DNA of 64,000 nucleotides from a virus (Duplodnaviria; Caudoviricetes): IMG/VR virus record IMGVR_UViG_3300032327_000953, positions 1 to 64,000 of that record; one strand, 5' to 3'. Shown piece by piece: positions 60,501 to 64,000 of this stretch (position 1 is its first letter; each line of letters starts with the position of its first letter). The notes under the pieces were generated by a model. It saw only the letters and a program-made list of their open reading frames with translations, ran no database searches and was not told where the DNA came from. The position numbers and the translations under genes were made by a program.

Positions 60501-63500
60501 CCACCATTCTTTAAAGATTCATTATATGCTTCTTGAACTCTTATAGAATCCCACATATTATTGGCTTGACCATTCATATTACGGTCAAGACGCTCAAAAG
60601 ATTGATTAAGTTTAGCTTGTTCTTTTGGAGTTGATGTTACAAATCTTTCTAGTATGCCCAAACCAGCTTCATTCTTAGCTTTGATCTCTGACATTTTTGC
60701 TAATGCAGCATCAGCCACTTCTGTGCTTTCAGCTAATGATTTTAGTGCAGCATAGTTTTCTCTTAATTGCATTGTTGTACCAGAAAGTTGGCCAGTAAAT
60801 GCCATTAGATCTTTGGCACCCTTTGGTCCTCTTTGTGCAGCAGCGTCAACCGAGGCTTGTTGATTTTGTCTGGTCATTTCTAAACGACCAATATTATTCA
60901 TTATTTGTCTTGGATCAGACGTTCCTGCCTGACTCATTACCCCAGCATTAGCTGCACTCTTTGATGATTCAAAGGATATATTCTTACCCAAATTTTTTGC
61001 TAGGGTCATCTCTCCTCTAGTTCTGATATCGTCTGCTCTTCTCATTTTTTCATTAGAACTGATCTGTAATGCTACAGCCTCATTCATAGACTGGGCATAA
61101 TTATTTACTGACTGTTGATAAAATTCTAATGCTTTTAATGCGGCTTCTTGGGCTTTTTTAGTTGATTGAACAGTTTTACTAAATGCTGAAGCTTCTCCAA
61201 AGACTTGCTGATAGTTGATTTTATCTTCACCGCTCTTTTGAGATTCAGAAAGAGATGACGATATATCCTTAGATAAAGCTTTCTTTAAACCTTCATCAAT
61301 ATTTAGATTGCTTAAATCTTTCTCTATATTTTGGCTTATCCTAGCTTCAATTTTACCGCTACTAGCGCCTGGATCTTCTTGTATAGTTCTATTAATAGTG
61401 GATAATATTGTATTCTCTAAGTCTGGACCAAACTGTAATAATCCCTTCATATCATTAGCTTGTGGGCCAAAAAATTGAGACCCAACATCGGCAGCCTTTG
61501 ATCTTTCATCAGCACTGTACATATTAGGATTTTGCAGTACATTGGATGCGTCGATTCTCGTTGTTCCTATTTTAGCATCTCCAGTCATGGATGCTTTTAA
61601 TAAATCTGTCTGGTCTGCTAGCTTACTCATAGAATATGTAACAACATTAATACTTTGTTCCATATTGCCCAACATGCGCTCCAAACCATAAAGCATTTTG
61701 GAGCTTTCATTATTTGCTTCTTCGCTATTTTTATTTCTAATATGCTTAACTTCTTGATCTCTAACATTATTAGCAGCTACTAGACTCATTAGTTCTTGTT
61801 TTCTAACATCTCTCGCTTGCTGAGATAATGATAGATCAGCATCTATTGATCTTAATTGCTGTTCAGTTTCAGCATTGGAACGAGCTAAAACTTCTGCTTG
61901 CTGTTTCCAGTCTGGTGAATTCATAATATCTGAAGAAGATTCTCCCTTTCTAAATCTTTCTGATATTACTCTTTGTTGTAGTTCTGCTGGTTTTTTAAAT
62001 TTCTCAGCAGTTTCGGCTGCTTTTTGTGGAATTAATTCTCTTGTATATTGTTCTTGGGTTCGTCCAGTAGCGTCGGTCAAAGATCCAATATATGCCATCA
62101 TACCTTTTTTATCTAATATATCAGCTCTTTGAGCTCTGCTTTCTTGTCCACCTGCACCAAGAGCTAATCCTTCTCCAATAATATTAGTCATTGCCCATTT
62201 AGGATTAGTGCTAGTAATATCAGATTGAGTTCTAGCTTCTTTTGCGGCATTCATTATTGCTGTGTTGGCTATCTGTAACTGTCCAGCATTATCTATTGTA
62301 TTTCTACTATATGTATCTAAAGCTTGTTCAGCATATTTTAGATTGTTGTCAAAAGCTTTAATTGAAGCATCTAATTTATTTTGTCGTAGAGCATCTGTCA
62401 TATCAATGAACAATGATGCCATTGCATTTCCGGCTGTAACAGCAATACCCACCGGTCCTGCTAATGCTGATAGCGCTCCAGATACACCACTAACAATTTG
62501 TGGTAAATTACCAGCTAGTTTACCAACCAAGCCACCACCTTTGCCAAGACCAGAAGCTATTCTATTTAAGAATCCGCTAGCTGCAGAACTAGAGAATCCA
62601 GAAGCAAAACCCTCTACTTTACGACCAGCATCAATCAAATAGCTAGAAAAATTATCTAAGTATTTTTTCGTATTATCAGATAAAGCAAAATCGCTAAAAG
62701 TTTGTATAGCCCCATTTGCCGCTACAAATAGTGCGGTAGTATTTCCAATAGATCCAGATAAGCTTTGTAATGCTTTTCCAGCTAAATTACCAGTACCAAC
62801 AAAGCTAGCCAACATACTACTACCAAAAGCAAATGATGCTGATAATTTAGTAAAATTAGTTGTCATTGTGCTAATAGCATCAGCATTATCTTTAGCCACT
62901 TTAGAATAATCTGTTGTATCTGGTGCTGGCGCTCCACCTCTGGCTAGTGATTCTGCTGCTGGTTTAATATTTCCGGGAGTCAAAGTAGCTCCACCACGAA
63001 CCTTAGCTATTCTAGCAGTAGCTTCTGTTATTGCTGCTGTTTCTTCAGCTGTTGCTCCTACTAGTCTTTGTTGAGCTATTGCTTGTGCTGCTGCTTGACT
63101 AGCTGCATCTGCCCTAGCTTTAGCTTCTGATGCTGTTGCTCCAGCCAATCTTTCTGCTTGATATGTTTGAATCTTAACTGCTTTTGCGGCAGCTTCCATT
63201 TCCATCATGTATCGTTGAATTGCTGCTTCTGCATCTCCAGATAATGGATTTCCTGTTGGTGGTCCCGGAGGTATTGGTGGACTTCCTGATCCTCCAGCAC
63301 CAGATGGGGTCGGACCTGTGGGCATACCAAAAGCATCAGGAGTATCAAATGGACTATATGTATAAGGAGCCTTTTGCATTGATCCTGGATATCCTAAACC
63401 GCCACCAGAAGGCTTTGGTGCTGCTGCTGATGATCCTGCTAGACCTCCCAAAAGATCTTCTCTTGTAAGACCATTAAGTACCTTCAAGAAAGAATCTAAT

Positions 63501-64000
63501 TGTGCAGTATCTTTAGAGAGACTCTCTGCCATTGCTTTTGCACCAATTTCCACAAGTTCAAACGATGGAATATTATTGGCAACGCCATTTCTCTTTCCTC
63601 CACCGGTAGCCTCATATCCAACCATTCGTTGAACCATTTGCAGCATAACCTTGGGATCTTGCATTGGATTTCCAAGATGATACTTATCCGAACTTTGATC
63701 AGGATTCTTGCTCATGAATAATTGCTTGCCAATATCCCAATTAGCCCAACTCTGACTTTGACCAGCAGCACTAATTTGACCAGAAGGAGTCTTTACTCCG
63801 GTCATAACAGAAGAGAACATGTCTCTAAGCTGTTTAACCAATGCGTCTACCTGAGCAGGATCTTGATGAGCTAACTCTGCAGCATATTCTCTGCCTCTAC
63901 CGCTAATGGGAGTATCTTTACCAGACACATCGCTATAGTTCATTCTTTTTTCATAGAAGTCAATATCTCTTAAACTAAGATCTGGTTCTACTGGAGCAGA
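54587..64000 (-). CDS. Tape-measure-like protein, >3,137 aa, 5' end outside the window
   Basis: The frame stays open for 19 codons past the track start at 63943 to the window edge. Ala/Gln/Lys-rich helical composition, Gly/Ala hydrophobic stretches, and two GG...DTVPAMLTPGE(F/Y)V motifs typical of tape measure C-termini. Confidence 0.8.
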   Translation of the reverse strand, partial: SAPVEPDLSLRDIDFYEKRMNYSDVSGKDTPISGRGREYAAELAHQDPAQVDALVKQLRDMFSSVMTGVKTPSGQISAAGQSQSWANWDIGKQLFMSKNPDQSSDKYHLGNPMQDPKVMLQMVQRMVGYEATGGGKRNGVANNIPSFELVEIGAKAMAESLSKDTAQLDSFLKVLNGLTREDLLGGLAGSSAAAPKPSGGGLGYPGSMQKAPYTYSPFDTPDAFGMPTGPTPSGAGGSGSPPIPPGPPTGNPLSGDAEAAIQRYMMEMEAAAKAVKIQTYQAERLAGATASEAKARADAASQAAAQAIAQQRLVGATAEETAAITEATARIAKVRGGATLTPGNIKPAAESLARGGAPAPDTTDYSKVAKDNADAISTMTTNFTKLSASFAFGSSMLASFVGTGNLAGKALQSLSGSIGNTTALFVAANGAIQTFSDFALSDNTKKYLDNFSSYLIDAGRKVEGFASGFSSSAASGFLNRIASGLGKGGGLVGKLAGNLPQIVSGVSGALSALAGPVGIAVTAGNAMASLFIDMTDALRQNKLDASIKAFDNNLKYAEQALDTYSRNTIDNAGQLQIANTAIMNAAKEARTQSDITSTNPKWAMTNIIGEGLALGAGGQESRAQRADILDKKGMMAYIGSLTDATGRTQEQYTRELIPQKAAETAEKFKKPAELQQRVISERFRKGESSSDIMNSPDWKQQAEVLARSNAETEQQLRSIDADLSLSQQARDVRKQELMSLVAANNVRDQEVKHIRNKNSEEANNESSKMLYGLERMLGNMEQSINVVTYSMSKLADQTDLLKASMTGDAKIGTTRIDASNVLQNPNMYSADERSKAADVGSQFFGPQANDMKGLLQFGPDLENTILSTINRTIQEDPGASSGKIEARISQNIEKDLSNLNIDEGLKKALSKDISSSLSESQKSGEDKINYQQVFGEASAFSKTVQSTKKAQEAALKALEFYQQSVNNYAQSMNEAVALQISSNEKMRRADDIRTRGEMTLAKNLGKNISFESSKSAANAGVMSQAGTSDPRQIMNNIGRLEMTRQNQQASVDAAAQRGPKGAKDLMAFTGQLSGTTMQLRENYAALKSLAESTEVADAALAKMSEIKAKNEAGLGILERFVTSTPKEQAKLNQSFERLDRNMNGQANNMWDSIRVQEAYNESLKNGGSMQDAQEAADQAAAQDRGDTMEAFKMLAPYLGDNQNQLKANMLESMMTESGVEMSPMFNQVLEGLRNPEQDPQMAEAIQQYKEANALQVQANHYLAMLDGTLAQQIGTQAQTAFSNSLSGVQQANANANAKDTAAGINKLNNHLQSGVTKVTTVSSGARETPDIPGMATGGVVEYRAVGGSIFKPKGSDTVPAMLTPGEFVVNKSAASANGPLLHAINNGYSKGGSVKYYSEGGWVSDMLKPPDQGRFADADPAKNTLYTKFNDYATFGPGGKENDVKANLEKLKSDEGFIQFIKPYSIPTFNGTSDKLYSSMGNPLLDKITGQINEPIFGVLPDFTLSRNVASNALDSAGKGAIKGAALGASATGNSDALAGAVASNFTGSTSSAHSAMTSMGFAQDGIAANAAGYIWEAMKFVPGLGAVVSGIDAVKKIFVDRDFIGGALEGLGAITNLLPIPGAGFIGKGVAGALKWMTRFMPKSVVAKLGSFIPGIFERFPGGKRLFDWISDKVRGPTVDLIKYLIPESILSKIGWGATGQQIVARKFGNTVAGAAAGTVGGGTIGAIGGVGNAIATGAVPNAANTVMDKLKESMVMSDFKYPSKLINETILGNTINTGADTLTLDEAKDQFNAITPWMNALDKAAKWEKVKTAPKAKVTIGGTAYSQYGFGPESKENGQKFMFASSVKSAGDLNIEDFPKLSSVDNLLQFTPGGYPTLGSDEKSEAANSFYKAKGLDFSNTAALAGQGNIEDFSVLQKIFRDYYDDLSETKPLTTTDKAGGYDPKFWTTKPPAAQKLSKTNAILTALAEGTKFKYSFNKSELADDKKDLFKWGYSTTDKPVGDAKPKESSGETNDMLTVYTKAVRSRWASIISSETNKKAAAEGKIWDGGNSTGFKVFQGTDSTKFEPLPWTTDTGLIGAVAEAQMEKAQEQIMQEKIGLNISPQTSYNKMIDLPSSKRKLPVFFDFQKFESIPLLNPEDTEYDPKAKKSFLTDGADVATKGLFIRGRTVDRGTQAVSPFQTLNQSADSELPYFSNEESLDTAVQKWAVSNFDIPDFSLAGIKLATMYNPIVAEKAFKASSDIRSARTSRREGVKTDAQEQSGAASLLKTANTLFYSDDYKLGENIPYSDARDLIISKLPLISEAMQLAAIQDTSMSKDEKRKKMQQEASQILIKPEHIPSLGNTVWQNVKKVDIPMISGLKTSSDWMKAASEDGMSPPEEIKNQTDLLDAIDYISWIKSKVLSVTQKAQGQSKEKLAEVQNMTTETAFGKYMSAGRFLGQISAGEEGAAAISSKASERLYSKYGSELDKWTTTENVALATVKKKDGTARGKQTEAKRKFWNIPEIIKQDDFADFILGFAAQQRGAQRFNQLISGNGDAKLNQDQATAIAATYKQFMGGEKAISTDKSGTTSVMKGIGGPSGNQLVDIALPTDIDAVRDQFMNLETVYEPDYREVLGGTLLQLGDRYATKWAKSGDPGTEEWSTLWSEYSDQLTSLKAFLTARDELLMRPVGLEGETLFPEAVLPSLIGGVKSTIQAAGMPVPEISAESLAGALYNPDEFMTKVKELLATATANIPGLNSGDYKERDKAEGVVGLINKFYSDNFAPGALPRVFTKEGQEYWQEMKALYPTAKKGWEMFSGGLSGEAASDTTVPFDPIERIYDEAQMPSAQGTKYGFYYMKNRKHGTNNTITAMERDASQPKPETQAAGTSGSVVDQAVANAGTQEVGMPQSASESEVKKVAGEQEPVTRAKGGLIYRAAGGKAPVNWTPKGTDTVPAMLTPGEYVINRESTGKYLPILEAINSGNASQGAIAAAVQGGGTPAASYASRGGVIAPRYFSRGAEVGAASGVSNSYSMGFDSATLAAIKQFDTSVQAFGEALSQLNIGNIKLDEAALTALGDFATKFDQFTESLLKLNVPPVISITGQHDVNVHLNGAAVFSTMEERMQTMILDEIDKAFGQLSKDNEGGISTPRRSK
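54987..55270 (-). repeat. Tape-measure repeat module, copy 2
   Basis: GGLIYRAAGG...WTPKGTDTVPAMLTPGEYVIN...LEAINSG...RGGVIAPRYFSRG. Confidence 0.85.
59792..60001 (-). repeat. Tape-measure repeat module, copy 1
   Basis: GGVVEYRAVGG..FKPKGSDTVPAMLTPGEFVVN...L.AINNG..KGGSVKYYSEGG. Confidence 0.85.

Noticed and set aside
54750-63721. Plus-strand and alternate-frame ORFs over the tape measure gene, including the 208-aa ORF at 58716-59342
   Set aside because: They lie fully inside a long ORF and mirror its Gly/Ala codon bias; there is no RBS or family motif.
42-63943. ORF-track starts at 42, 445, 1242, 10525 and 63943 taken as true starts
   Set aside because: The first and last ORFs are open to the window edges, and RBS position or ATGA overlaps favour 457, 1248 and 10498 for the others.

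Overview
The window is a dense, AT-rich stretch (about one third GC from hand-sampled lines) of a large tailed bacteriophage genome. It uses genetic code 11, has AGGA/GGAG ribosome-binding sites and ATGA/TAATG gene overlaps, and shows no tRNA, CRISPR, integrase or lysis genes. Bases 1-3021 (+ strand) hold a glycosyltransferase-like fragment, a Vsr/EDxHD-type endonuclease, a Rad52/Sak-like annealing protein, a small Zn-finger protein and a GT25-like glycosyltransferase. Bases 3018-64000 (- strand) are one uninterrupted tail gene cluster. In transcription order it encodes: a >3,100-aa tape-measure-like protein that runs off the window; a 2,465-aa long tail fibre; a ~27-kb block of nine adhesin or adaptor genes built from RCC1 propellers, Ig, Calx-beta, LamG, FGE/C-lectin, PPC-like and discoidin-like modules joined by about 830 residues of Thr/Pro linkers; then Dit-like and hub-like genes (the hub apparently split in two), a 2,230-aa tip protein and a Cys-rich small protein. 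The best candidate for an undescribed system is the modular, cellulosome-like and possibly glycosylated and disulfide-locked virion adhesin array. It has a shared anchor module, paralogous adaptors with a swappable slot, and domains nested inside other domains. The second candidate is a repeat-bounded ~1,500-aa cargo inside the tape measure protein with a pre-toxin-like and glycine-zipper segment. All domain calls are by-eye motif recognition; no database searches were run.
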